A DNA stretch of 64,000 nucleotides from Malacoraja senta (GCA_038087875.1 JAXLNO010000252.1:310001-374000); one strand, 5' to 3'. Shown: positions 28,475 through 40,827, numbered from the stretch's first letter. The notes: a model not told the origin generated them from the sequence alone. Numbers and translations: made by a program.

Positions 28475-30250
28475 TTGAAACAGACAATAGGTGCAGGAGC
28501 AGGCCATTCGGCCCTGTGACCCAGCACTGCCATTCAATATGATCGTGGCTGATCATCCACAAATCCTGCTTTCTCCTGCCCCCATATCCCTTGAGTCTGT
28601 TAACCCTAAGAGCTAAATCTAACTCTCTTTTGAAAGCATCCAGTGAATTGGCCTCCACTGCCTTCTGTGGCAGGGAATTCCACAAATTCACAACTCTCTG
28701 GGTGAAAAAGTTTCTCCTCATCTCTGTTCTAAATGGCATTCCCCTCATTCTTAAAACTGTGGCCCCTGGTTCTGGACTCCCCCAACATCGGGAACATGTT
28801 TCCTGCCTCTAGCGTGTCCAAACCCTTAATAATCTTATATGTTTCAATAAGATCTCCTCTCATCCTTCTAAGCTCCAGAGTGTACAAGCCCAGCCGCTCC
28901 ATTCTCTCAGCATATGACAGTCCCGCCATCCCGGGAATTAACCTTGTAAACCTACGCTGCACTCCCTCAATAGCAAGAATGTCCTTCCTCAAATTAGGGG
29001 ACCAAAACTGCACACAATACTCCAGGTGTGGTCTCACTAGGGCTCTGTACAACTGCAGAAGGACCTCTTTGCTCCTATACTCAACTCCTCTTGTTATAAA
29101 GGCCAACATGCCATTCGCTTTATTCACTGCCTGCTGTACCTGCATGCTTACTTTCATAGACTGATGAACAAGGACCCCCAGATCAGTCTGAAGAAGGGTT
29201 TCGGCCCGAAACGTTGCCTATTTCCTTCGCTCATAGATGCTGCCATACCCGCTAAGTTTCTCCAGCAATTTTGTCTACCCCCAGATCCCGTTGTACTTCC
29301 CCTTTCCCCAACACCATTTAGATAGTAATCTGCCTTCCTGTTTTTGATACCAAAGTGGACAACCTCACATTTATCCACATTAAACTTCATCTGCCATGCA
29401 TCTGCCCACTCCCCCAACCTGTCCAAGTGACCCTGCATTCTCATAGCATCCTCCTCACAGTTCACACTGCCACCCAGCTTTGTGTCATCTGCAAATTTGC
29501 TAATGTTGCTTTGAATCCCTTCATTCAAATCATTGATGTATATTGTAAATAGCTGCGGTCCCAGCACCAAGCCTTGCAGTACCCCACTAGTCACTGCCTG
29601 CCATTCTGAAAGGGACCCGTTAATCCCTACTCTTTGTTTCCTGTCTGCCAACCAATTTTCTATCCATGTCAGCACGCTACCCCCAATACTATGTGCCCTA
29701 ATTTTGCCCACTAATCTCCTATGTGGGACCTTATCAAATGCTTTCTGAAAGTCCAGGTACACTACATCCACTGGCTCTCCCTTGTCCATTTTCCTAGTTA
29801 CATCCTCAAAACATTCTCGTAAATCCATGCTGACTCGGACCGATCCTGTTACTGCTATCCAAATGTGCGGCTATCTCATCTTTTATAATTGACTCCAGCA
29901 TCTTCCCCACCACTAACTGGCCTATAATTCCCTGTTTTCTCTCTCCCGCCTTTCTTAAAATGTGGGATAACATTAGCTACCCTCCAATCCACAGGAACTG
30001 ATCCTGAGTCTATAGAACATTGGAAATTATACCAATGCATCCACGATTTCTAGAGCCACTTCCTTAAGTACCCTGGGATGCAGACCATCAGGCCCTGGGG
30101 ATTTATCAGCCTTCAGTCCCATCAGTCTACCCAACACCATTTCCTGCCTAATGTGGATTTCCTTCAGTTCCTCGATCACCCAAGATCCTCTGGCCACTAC
30201 TATATCAGGAAGTGTGTTTGTGTCCTCCTTAGTGAAGACGGATCCAAAGT
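28475..30250 (-). mobile_element. 5'-truncated CR1 LINE with RT domain
   Basis: KSPGPDGLHPRVLKE, YLDFQKAFDKVPH, FADDTK. Confidence 0.95.
29185..29276 (+). mobile_element. 92-bp hammerhead-core mini-element inserted in a CR1 copy with an 11-bp TSD
   Basis: ACCCCCAGATC at 29174-29184 and 29277-29287; the uninterrupted CR1 near 21740 has one copy. CTGAAGA...GAAAC core at 29188-29212. Confidence 0.85.
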
Positions 30251-30578
30251 ATCCACCGCCGTCCGTGGCAATGAATTCCACCGATTCACCAGCCTCTGAC
30301 TAAAGAGATTCCTCCTCAACTCCTCTCTAAAAGAACACCCTTTAATTATGAGGCTGTGACCTCTGGTCCTGGACTCTCCCACTAGTGGAAACATCCTCTC
30401 CACATCCACTCTATCCCAGCCTTTCACTATTCTGTACTTTTCAATGAGGTCCCCCTCATTCTTCTCAACTCCAGCGAGTCCAGACCCAAACTCTCATTGT
30501 ATGTTATCTTGTTACAGGTCCAACCGAGCGCGGTGTTGTGGGTCTGACGGTCGTTGATTGGATGAAGACGTTCTCAGG

Positions 30579-30633
30579 ATGACGTGGAGATATCTTGGAT
30601 CGATACTCCTGCTGCTCATCCCAAACTCTCTGG
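30579..30633 (+). CDS. Signal-peptide coding exon of an unidentified gene (MTWRYLGSILLLLIPNSL-G); exon spans 30518-30633
   Basis: TTGTTACAG acceptor ending at 30517, ATG at 30579, hydrophobic core, phase-1 GTAAG donor at 30634. Confidence 0.7.
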
Positions 30634-30767
30634 GTAAGACGATGACGTTCCTTAGCTCCTGCATCTTCCCTGCTCCAATATCCTCATCTATTCCTGCCTG
30701 CCCTCAGTCGCGTTGATGGTCTGAGCTGCGTCCACATTGTGTGTCTCAATGTTGTTTCACTTGTCCT

Positions 30768-30789
30768 ACCCCCCCCCCCACACCACACA

Positions 30790-30841
<52 letters not shown>

Positions 30842-30869
30842 ACACACCACACACACACCCCCACACACC

Positions 30870-30930
<61 letters not shown>

Positions 30931-31105
30931 CCCCCACACACACACACCCACACACACACACCACACACACCACACACACACACCCACCCACACACACACA
31001 CCCCCACACACCCCCACACCACCACACACACACACACACCACACACACACACACACCCCCCCTCACACACACACACACACACACCACACACCCACCCACC
31101 CCCCC

Positions 31106-31161
<56 letters not shown>

Positions 31162-31245
31162 CACCCACACACACACCCACACCCACACACACACGCACAG
31201 ACACCCCCCCCACCACTACTCCCACCCCCCCCCCCCCGCCCCCCA
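30768..31245. repeat. Degenerate (CA)n/C-rich microsatellite
   Basis: Direct inspection. Confidence 0.95.
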
Positions 31246-31329
31246 ATCCACCAGTCTGAAACATAGAAAATAGGTGCAGGAGTAGGGCACACACTAGGGG
31301 CAATTTACACAATTCAATGAACCCACAAA

Positions 31330-32449
31330 CAAAGAAACATAGAAACATAGACAATAGGTGCAGGAGTAGCCCTTCGGCCCTTCAAGCCTGCACCGCCATT
31401 CAATATGATCATGGCTGATCATCCAACTCAGTATCCTGTACCTGCCTTCTCTCCATACCCCCTGATCCCTTTAGCCACAAGGGCCACATCTAACTCCCTC
31501 TTAAATATAGCCAATGAACTGGCCTCAACTACCTTCTGTGGCAGAGAATTCACAGATTCACCACTCTCTGTGTAAAAAAATGTTTTTTCTCATCTCGGTC
31601 CTAAAAGACTTCCCCCTTATCCTTAAACTGTGACCCCTTGTTCTGGACTTCCCCAACATCGGGAACAATCTTCCTGCATCTAGCCTGTCCAACCCCTTAA
31701 GAATGTTGTAAGTTTCTATAAGATCCCCCCTCAATCTTCTAAATTCTAGCGAGTATAAGCCGAGCTCTATCCAGTCTTTCTTCATATGAAAGTCCTGACA
31801 TCCCAGGAACCAAGATACCAGATACATTTATTTGTCACATGTGCCAGATGACACAGTGGTCACCATACAGCCATACAATAAAAATAAGAACACAACACAT
31901 AGAGTTCAACATAAAACATCCCCACACAGCAGAACCACTGTGAGGGAAGGCACCAAAGTCAGTCCTCTTCCTCTAATGTTCCCCACTGATCACCCGTGGT
32001 CGGGGCCTCCCCGAGCCCTGCGCAGTCGCGCTACGGGCGGCCCGATGTTCCAGACCCGCTCGCCGAGGTGATGTAAGTCCGATGTCGGGGCTGGGGACCT
32101 CCTCAGCGGCCTGGACATCAGAGTCGGCCACCTCCTACCGGAGTCCGCGGCTCCCAAAGTCCGCAGGCCGCGCCGGGCAGAGATGCAGAGATGCAGCACT
32201 GGCGGGTTCGGCAAAGGGCCCCAGGACTCCGTGATGTTGTTCAGCGCCGGCCAGTCCTGGTGAACCTTCTCGGCACTCCCTCTATGCCAAGAATGTCTTT
32301 CCTCAGATTAGGAGACCAAAACTGTACGCAATACTCCAGGTGTGGTCTCACCAAGACCCTGTACAACTGCAGCAGAACCTCCCTGCTCCTATACTCAAAT
32401 CCTTTTGCTATGAATGCTAACATACCATTCACTTTCTTCACTGCCTGCT
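31330..32449 (-). mobile_element. CR1 LINE fragment interrupted by a ~445-bp GC-rich insertion (about 31811-32255)
   Basis: RLDAGRLFPMLGKSRTRGH and [13 protein letters not shown] lie on either side of the insert. Confidence 0.8.
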
Positions 32450-32649
32450 NNNNNNNNNNNNNNNNNNNNNNNNNNNNNNNNNNNNNNNNNNNNNNNNNNN
32501 NNNNNNNNNNNNNNNNNNNNNNNNNNNNNNNNNNNNNNNNNNNNNNNNNNNNNNNNNNNNNNNNNNNNNNNNNNNNNNNNNNNNNNNNNNNNNNNNNNNN
32601 NNNNNNNNNNNNNNNNNNNNNNNNNNNNNNNNNNNNNNNNNNNNNNNNN
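32450..32649. other. Assembly gap (200 N, true size unknown)
   Basis: Run of exactly 200 N. Confidence 1.
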
Positions 32650-34220
32650 TACACTGGAGTTTGGGGTACACTGGAGTTTGGGGTACACTGGAGTTTGGGG
32701 TACACTGGAGTTGGGGTACACTGGAGTTTGGGGTACACTGGAGTTTGGGGTACACTGGAGTTTGGGGTACACTGGAGTTTGGGGTACACTGGAGTTTGGG
32801 GTACGCTGGAGTTTGGGGTACGCTGGAGTTTGGGGTACGCTGGAGTTTGGGGTACGCTGGAGTTTGGGGTACGCTGGAGTTTGGGGTACGTTGGAGTTTT
32901 GGGGTACGTTGGAGTTTGGGGTACGTTGGAGTTTGGGGTACGTTGGAGTTTGGGGTACGTTGGAGTTTGGGGTACTTTGGAGTTTGGGGTACTTTGGAGT
33001 TTGGGGTACGTTGGAGTTTGGGGTACGTTGGAGTTTGGGGTACGTTGGAGTTTGGGGTACGCTGGAGTTTGGGGTACGCTGGAGTTTGGGGTACGCTGGA
33101 GTTTGGGGTACGCTGGAGTTTGGGGTACGCTGGAGTTTGGGGTACGCTGGAGTTTGGGGTACGCTGGAGTTTGGGGTACGCTGGAGTTTGGGGTACGCTG
33201 GAGTTTGGGGTACGCTGGAGTTTGGGGTACGCTGGAGTTTGGGGTACGCTGGAGTTTGGGGTACGCTGGAGTTTGGGGTACGCTGGAGTTTGGGGTACGC
33301 TGGAGTTTGGGGTACGGTGGAGTTTGGGGTACGCTGGAGTTTGGGGTACGCTGGAGTTTGAGGTACGCTGGAGTTTGGGGTACGCTGGAGTTTGGGGTAC
33401 GCTGGAGTTTGGGGTACGCTGGAGTTTGGGGTACGCTGGAGTTTGGGGTATGCTGGAGTTTGGGGTACGTTGTAGTTTGGGGTATGCTGGCGTTAGTGGG
33501 AGTACGGCGGCATTAGTGGGGGTACGGCGTTAGTGGGGGTACCCTGGAGTTTGTGGGTACACTGAGTTGGGGCACGTTTGGAGTTTGGGGTACGTTGGAG
33601 TTTGGGGTACACTGGAGTTTGGGGCACGTTGGAGTTTGGGGTACGTTGGAGTTTGGGGTACGTTGGAGTTTGGGGTACATTGGAGTTTGGGGTATGCTGG
33701 CGTTAGTGGGGTACACTGGCGTTAGTGGGGTACACTGGCGTTAGTGGGGGTGCGGGCGTTAGTGGGGGTACACTGGCGTTAGTGGGGGTACACTGGCGTT
33801 AGTGGGGGTGCGGGCATTAGTGGGGTACACTGGCGTTAGTGGGGGTACACTGGCGTTAGTGGGGGTACACTGGCGTTAGTGGGGGTACGCTGGAGTTTGG
33901 GGTACGCTGGCGTTAGTGGGGGTGCGGGCGTTAGTGGGGGTACCCTGGCGTTAGTGGGGGTATGCTGGCGTTAGTGGGGGTACGCTGGCGTTAGTGGCGG
34001 TGCGGGCGTTAGTGGGGTACACTGGCGATAGTGGGGGTACACTGGCGTTAGTGGCGGTGCGGGCGTTAGTGGGGTACACTGGCGTCAGTGGGGGTACGCT
34101 GGAGTTTGGTGTACGCTCGCGTCAGTGGGGGTGCAGGCGTTAGTGGGGTACACTGGCGATAGTGGGGGTACACTGGCGTTAGTGGGGGTACGCTGTAGTT
34201 TGGGGTACACTGGAGTTTGT
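32650..34220. repeat. G-rich minisatellite: 17-bp TGGAGTTTGGGGTACRC grading into 19-20-bp TGGCGTTAGTGGGGGTACRC
   Basis: Direct tandem units. Confidence 0.97.
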
Positions 34221-34580
34221 GGGCAACACCGCACCCCCCACACAGATCGGACCCAGAGTGGGGGGGGTAACAGTCCAGAGGAAGTGCTACTGTTCGTTAC
34301 CCCCCTCCCCACATGTCCCCTTCCTGCCCCCGCCTCCCCCCCTGCCTCCCCCCCTCTTCTTACCAACCCCACCACCCCCCCCCTCCCCATCTCTCTCCCC
34401 CCCCACCCTCCTCTCTCCCCCCACCCACCTCTCTCCCCCCCACCCACCTCTCTCCCCCACCCACCTCTCTCCCCCCCCACCCACCTCTCTCCCCCCACCC
34501 ACCTCTCTCCCCCCCACCCACCTCTCCCCCCCACCCACCCACCTGTCCCCCACCCCTGTCACTGGGCTGTGAATACTTAC

Positions 34581-34641
34581 ATGGGGTGCTGGGCACTGTA
34601 TAGGGGGGACACAGTTCTTTGGCCAGGATCTCCTGAGGTGT
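34581..34641 (-). CDS. SLC44A4: SLC44A4 exon 7 (TPQEILAKELCPPYTVPSTP)
   Basis: AG/GT boundaries, 61 nt; matches ..ELCP....PS.P of CTL4. Confidence 0.88.
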
Positions 34642-34682
34642 CTGCAACGGAAACCACCGCACTGTTAGCCGTCAGCTGCACC

Positions 34683-35345
34683 CTGGGGTCACCCAGTGGG
34701 TGGGGGGGTCACCCAGTGGGTGGGGGGGTCACCCGGTGGGTGGGGGGGATCACCCAGTGGGTGGAGGGTCACCCGGTGGGTGGAGGGGTCACCCGGTGGG
34801 TGGGGGGGTCACCCGGTGGGTGGGGGGGGTCACCCGGTGGGTGGAGGGTCACCCGGTGGGTGGAGGGGTCACCCGGTGGGTGGAGGGGTCACCCGGTGGG
34901 CGGAGGGGTCCACCCGGTGGGTGGGGGATCACCCAGTGGGTGGGGGGGTCACCCAGTGGGTGGGGGTCACCCGGTGGGTGGGGGGTCACCCGGTGGGTGG
35001 GGGTCACCACCCGGTGGGTGGGGGTCACACCCAGTGGGTGGGGGGGTCACCCAGTGGGTGGGGGGTCACCCGGTGGGTGGAGGGTCACCCGGTGGGTGGA
35101 GGGATCACCCGGTGGGTGGGGAGGGTCACCCGGTGGGTGGAGGGTCACCCGGTGGGTGGAGGGGTCACCCGGGTGGGTGGGGGGGATCACCCAGTGGGTG
35201 GGGGGGTCACCCAGTGGGTGGGGGGTCACCCAGTGGGTGGGGGGGGTCACCCAGTAGGTGGGGGGGTCACCCAGTGGGTGGGGGGTCACCCAGTGGGTGT
35301 GGGGGGTCACCCAGTGGGGGGGGGGTCACCCAGTGGGGGGGGGGT
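34683..35345. repeat. ~21-bp G-rich minisatellite GGGTCACCCRGTGGGTGG(G)n
   Basis: About 30 tandem units with G-runs. Confidence 0.95.
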
Positions 35346-35609
35346 ATTGGCGGGGCGCATTGCCCCAAGTTGAGGATGGAGTCTCTTTGGGAGATCCTCA
35401 CCCAATGATTGAATCGTGGACAAGCTGAGAACATTGGGTGGGGCTGCTGCTTCTCCACTCCGGAGTCCCGGGTGCCGGCTCTCAGTGTGGAGTTTGCACG
35501 CTCTCCCAGTGACCGCGTGGGTTTTCTCTGGGCGCTCCGATTTCCTCCCACACTCCAAAGAGTCAAGGGCGTTTTATTGTTGTGTGTCAGAACGGGAACT
35601 AGAACGCGA

Positions 35610-37090
35610 GCGCGCACACACACGAGCGCAGGCACACGCAGGCACGCACGCACACGCACACACACGTACACACACACGTACACACACACACACACACGTA
35701 CACACACACGTACACACACACACACACACGTACACACACACGTACACACACACACAACACACGTACACACACACGTACACACACACACACACACGTACAC
35801 ACACACGTACACACACACACACACACGTACACACACACGTACATGCACACACACACACACGTACACACACACGTACATGCACACACACACACACGTACAC
35901 ACACACGCGCGCACACGCACACACGTACACACACACACACGTACACACACCCACACCCACACATACGCACACACACACGTACACACACCCACACCCACAC
36001 ATACGCACACACACACGTACACACACACGTACACACACACACGTACACACACGTACACACACACACACACACACACACGTACACACACACACACGTACAC
36101 ACACACGTACACACACACACACACACACACGTACACACACGTACACACACACACACGTACACACACACACACGTACACACACACGTACACACACACACAC
36201 CCACACGTACACGTACACACACCCACACGTACACACGTACACACACGTACACACACACACACCCACACGTACACACACACACACACACGTACACGTACAC
36301 ACACACACACACACGTACACACACGTACACACACACACACACACACGTACACACACGTACACACACACACACACACACGTACACACACGTACACACACAC
36401 ACACACGTACACACACGTACACACACACACACGTACACACACGTACACACACACACACGTACACACACACGTACACACACACACACCCACACGTACACAC
36501 ACACACACACACGTACACACACACACATACACACACGTACACACACACACACCCACACGTACACACACACACACGTACACACACGTACACGTACACACAC
36601 GTACACACACACACACGTACACACACACACACACACGTACACACACACACACACGTACACACACACACATACACACACACACGTACACACACACACACAT
36701 ACACACACACACGTACACACACACACACACACACGTACACACACACATACACACACACACGTACACACACACACATACACACACACACGTACACACACAC
36801 ACACACGTACACACACGTACACACACACACACACACGTACACACACACACCCACACGTACACACACCCACACCCACACATACACGCACACACACGCACAC
36901 AAGCACACGTACACACACACACACCCACATGTACACACACCCACACCCACACATACGCACACACACGCACACACACGCACACACACGTACACACACACAC
37001 GTACACACACACACACGTACACACACACACACACACGTACACACACACACGTGCACACACACACACACACACGTACACACACACGTACAC
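35610..37090. repeat. (CA)n array punctuated by CGTA; abuts the SLC44A4 exon 6 donor
   Basis: Direct inspection. Confidence 0.97.
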
Positions 37091-37094
37091 TCAC

Positions 37095-37223
37095 CAGGGT
37101 TGTAGTGGTCAGATCTAGCATGGGGTTGCAGTACCGTTGCTGGAACACATCTGATACCTTGATTCCAGGTACAACCAACAGCACAGGTAGGAAAAACTCG
37201 GTGGGGCACTGAGACACACACAC
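37095..37223 (-). CDS. SLC44A4: SLC44A4 exon 6 ([11 protein letters not shown]...[13 protein letters not shown])
   Basis: CAG acceptor, GTGAG donor, 129 nt, phase 0/0; VCVS.CP motif. Confidence 0.9.
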
Positions 37224-37317
37224 CTGGGGAACAAGGTGCAGAGTGAGAGACCCCCACACAGCGAGACAGATTCCAGCCCCCCTCCCCCACCCTACAAAGA
37301 ACTGCAGCAGTCCCGCT

Positions 37318-37615
37318 GGAGTTGCTGCCTTAGAGCGAATGCAGCGCCGGAGACCCGGGTTCCATCCCCACTACGGGTGCTGTCTGTACGGAGTTTGCAC
37401 GTTCTCCCCGTGATCTGCGTGGGTTTTCCCCGAGATCTTCGGTTTCCTCCCACACTCCAAAGACGTGCAGGTTTGTAGGTTAATTGGCTTGGTGTAAATG
37501 TAAAAATTGTCCCTAGTGGGTGTGGGATAGTGTTTGTGTGCGGGGATCGCTGGTCGGCACGGACCCGGTGGGCCGAAGGGCCTGTTCCCACGCTGTATCT
37601 CTAAACTAAACTAAA
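37318..37615 (+). mobile_element. HE1-like (V-SINE) elasmobranch SINE
   Basis: tRNA-like head (GACCCGGGTTCCATCC), V-domain GGTTTCCTCCCACACTCCAAAGAC, (CTAAA)n tail. Confidence 0.85.
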
Positions 37616-37644
37616 GTTGTCATAACAAGATTATATTCATATTC

Positions 37645-38380
37645 TCAGGGAGAGGTTGAGTAGGCTGGGTCTCTATTCCATGGAGCGCAGGAGGATGAGG
37701 GGAGATCTTATAGAGGTGTACAAAATCATGAGAGGAATAGATCGGGTAGATGCACAGAGTCTCTTGCCCAGAGTAGGGGAATCGAGGACCAGAGGACATA
37801 GGTTCAACGTGAAGGGGAAAAGATTTAATAGGAATCTGAGGGGTAACTATTTCACACAGAGGGCGGTGGGTGTATGGAACAAGCTGCCGGAGGAGGTAGT
37901 TGAGGCTGGGACTATCCCAACGTTTAAGAAACAGTTGGACAGGTACATGGATAGGACGGGTTTGGAGGGATATGGACCAAGCGCAGGCAGGTGGGACTAG
38001 TGTAGCTGGGACATTGTTGGCCAGTGTGGGCTAGTTGGGCCAAAGGGCCTGTTTCCACACTGTATCATTCTGTGACCAGTGTAGATGGGGCATGTTGGCC
38101 GGTGTGGGCAAGTTGGGCCGAAGGGCCTGTTTCCACACTGGATCACTCTGTGACTAGTGTAGATGGGGCATGTTGGCCGGTGTGGGCAGTTGGGCCGAAG
38201 GGCCTGTTTCCACACTGTATCACTCTGTGACTAGTGTAGATGGGGCATGTTGGCCAGTGTGTACAAGTTGGGCTGAAGGGCCTGTTTCCACACTGTATCA
38301 CTCTGTGACTAGTGTAGATGGGGCATGTTGGCCGGTGTGGGCAAGTTGGGCTGAAGGGCCTGTTTCCACACTGTATCACT
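37645..38380 (+). mobile_element. HER1-like CR1 LINE 3' end with a tandemly amplified ~62-bp tail
   Basis: DRVDAQSLLPRVGESRTRGH ORF, then about 6 tandem TAGTGTAGATGGGGCATG...TCACTCTGTGAC units. Confidence 0.88.
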
Positions 38381-38459
38381 CTATACTTCACACGTTCCAG
38401 GACCATAATTAGGCCATGGATTGGCCCAAGGAGCCTCTTTCTGTGCTTTGATACTCTGG

Positions 38460-39710
38460 TGTGTCAGGGGTTACGGGGAGAAGGCAGGAGAATGGGGTTA
38501 GGAGGGAGAGATAGATCAGCCGTGACTGAATGGCGGAGTAGACTAGATGGGCCGAATTCTGCTCCTATCACTTATGGCTGGAATGGCGGGACTAACATAT
38601 GATCAAAGAGTGGGTCGACTGGGCTTGTATTCACTGGAATTTAGGATGAGAGGAGATCTTATAGAAACATGTAAAATTCTTAAAGGATTGGACAGGCTAG
38701 ATAGAGGAAAAATGTTCCTGATGTTGGGGGAGTCCAGAACCAGGGGCCACAGTTTAAGAATAAGGGGTTGGCCATTTAGGACTGAGACGAGGAAACACTT
38801 TTTCTCACAGAGAATGGTGAGTGTGGAATTCTCTGCCTCAGAGGGCGGTGGAGGCCGGTTCTCTGGATACTTTCAAGAGAGAGTTAGATAGGGCTCTTAA
38901 AGATAGTGGAGTCAGGGGATATGGGGAGAAGGCAGGAACGGGGTACTGATTGGGGATGATCAGCGATGATCACATTGAATGGTGGTGCTGGCTCGAAGGG
39001 CCGAATGGCCTACTCCTGCACCTATTGTCTATTGACAATAGACAATAGACAACAGACAATAGGTGCAGCAGTAGGCCATTTGGCCCTTCGAGCCAGCACC
39101 GCCATTCAATGTGATCATGGCTGATCATCCCCAATCAGTATCCCGTTCCTGCCTTCTCCCCATATCCCCTGACTCCGAAAAAGTGTTTCCTCGTCTCCGT
39201 TCTAAATGGCTTACTCCTTATTCTTAAACTGTGTGTGGCCCCTGGTTCTGGACTCCCCCACCATCGGGAACATGTTTCCTTCCTCTAGTGTGTCCAAACC
39301 CTTAACAATCTTATATGTTTCAATGAGATGCCCTCTCATCCTTCTAAACTCCAGAGTGTACAAGCCCAGCCGCTCCATTCTCTCAGTGTATGACAGTCCC
39401 GCCATCCCGGGAATTAACCTTGTAAACCTACGCTGCACTCACTCAATAGCAAGAATATCCTTCCTCAAATTAGGGGACCAAAACTGCACACAATACTCCA
39501 GGTGTGGTCTCACTAGGGCTCTGTACAACTGCAGAAGGACCTCTTTGCTCCTATACTCAACTCCTCTTGTTATAAAGGCCAACATGCCATTGGCTTTCTT
39601 CACCGCCTGCTGTACCTGCATGCTTACTTTCATAGACTGATGTACAAGGACACCCAGATCCCATTGTACTTCCCCTTTTCCCAACTTGACGCCATTTAGA
39701 TAGTAATCTG
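38460..39710. mobile_element. CR1 fragments, tail to tail (+ up to about 39033, - from about 39034)
   Basis: CTATTG|ACAATAG junction; RT C-terminal ORFs on both strands. Confidence 0.85.
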
Positions 39711-39856
39711 CGGTGAATGGAAGGGCCGAATGGCCTACTCCTGCACCTATTGTCTGTTTTTCTGTGCAACAAAAAAGCTTCTCTCTGTACCTGGGTACAC
39801 GTGACGATCAACTAAACAGAACTACAGGTGACAATGAAGCACTATTGAGCAGTTAC

Positions 39857-39956
39857 CTGCGTGGTGGGACATTGCAGTCCATTGAGAGCAGTGGTCAAGA
39901 TACCCGTGGGGGAGATGCATTTCAGGAGGTCAAAGTAGAAAACGTAAGGCTTCACG
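39857..39956 (-). CDS. SLC44A4: SLC44A4 exon 5 (VKPYVFYFDLLKCISPTGILTTALNGLQCPTTQ)
   Basis: CAG acceptor, GTAAC donor, 100 nt; KPY..YF and NGLQCPT.Q motifs. Confidence 0.95.
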
Positions 39957-40748
39957 CTGCAGATGAGAGAATGTATTAGAGCGGGAACGCCAGCCAGCGA
40001 GACGGTTGACAATAGACAATAGGTACAGGAGTAGGCCATTCAGCCCTTCCAGCCAGCACCACCATTCAATGTGATCATGGCTGATCATCCCCAATCAGTA
40101 CCCCGTTCCTGCCTTCTCCCCATATCCCCTGACTCCACTATCTTTAAGAGCCCTATCTAACTCTCTCTTGAAAGTATCCAGAGAACCGGCCTCCACCGCC
40201 CTCTGAGGCAGAGAATTCCACAGACTCGCAACTCTCTGTGAGAAAAAGTGTTTCCTCGTCTCCGTTCTAAATGGCTTACTCCTTATTCTTAAACTGTGTG
40301 TGGCCCCTGGTTGTGGAAATAGTGACAGGAGTGAGATTGTTAAGGGCTTGGACACGCTAGAGGCAGGAAACATGTTCCCGATGTTGGGGGAGTCCAGAAC
40401 CAGGGGCCACACAGGTTAAGAATAAGGGGTCGGCCATTTAGAACGGAGACGAGGAAACACCTTTTCACCCAGAGAGTTGTGAGTCTGTGGAATTCTCTGC
40501 CTCAGAGGGCGGAGGAGGCCGGTTCTCTGGATGCTTTCAAGAGAGAGCTAGATTGGGCTCTTAAAGATAGCGGAGTCAGGGGATATGGGGAGAAGGCAGG
40601 AACGGGGTACTGATTGGGGATGATCAGCCATGATCACCGTGAATGGTGGTGCTGAATGGTGTACTCCTCCACCTATTGTCTATTCTTTACACTTGTATCA
40701 AAGGCATTCCTGCCCCACCCCCCCTCCCTCAGGCGAACCCCAACTTAC

Positions 40749-40827
40749 TCATTTCCCCCGACCCCGCAGTACATGCCGGTGGAGTTCCGGGGATAGATGA
40801 CTTCTCGTGGATCACCGTACAGCCATG
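40749..40827 (-). CDS. SLC44A4: SLC44A4 exon 4 (AWLYGDPREVIYPRNSTGMYCGVGGN)
   Basis: CAG acceptor, GTAAG donor, 79 nt; WLYGDPR...YPRNSTG.YCG is the CTL4 form rather than CTL2. Confidence 0.96.

Noticed and set aside
32191..33744. Repetitive WSLGYAGVWGTLEFGVR 'protein'
   Set aside because: A 17-bp minisatellite read in all frames; the ORFs also run through the N gap.
35345..35440. Possible extra SLC44A4 exon between exons 6 and 7
   Set aside because: No similarity to CTL proteins; exons 6 and 7 already join in frame with the expected sequence.
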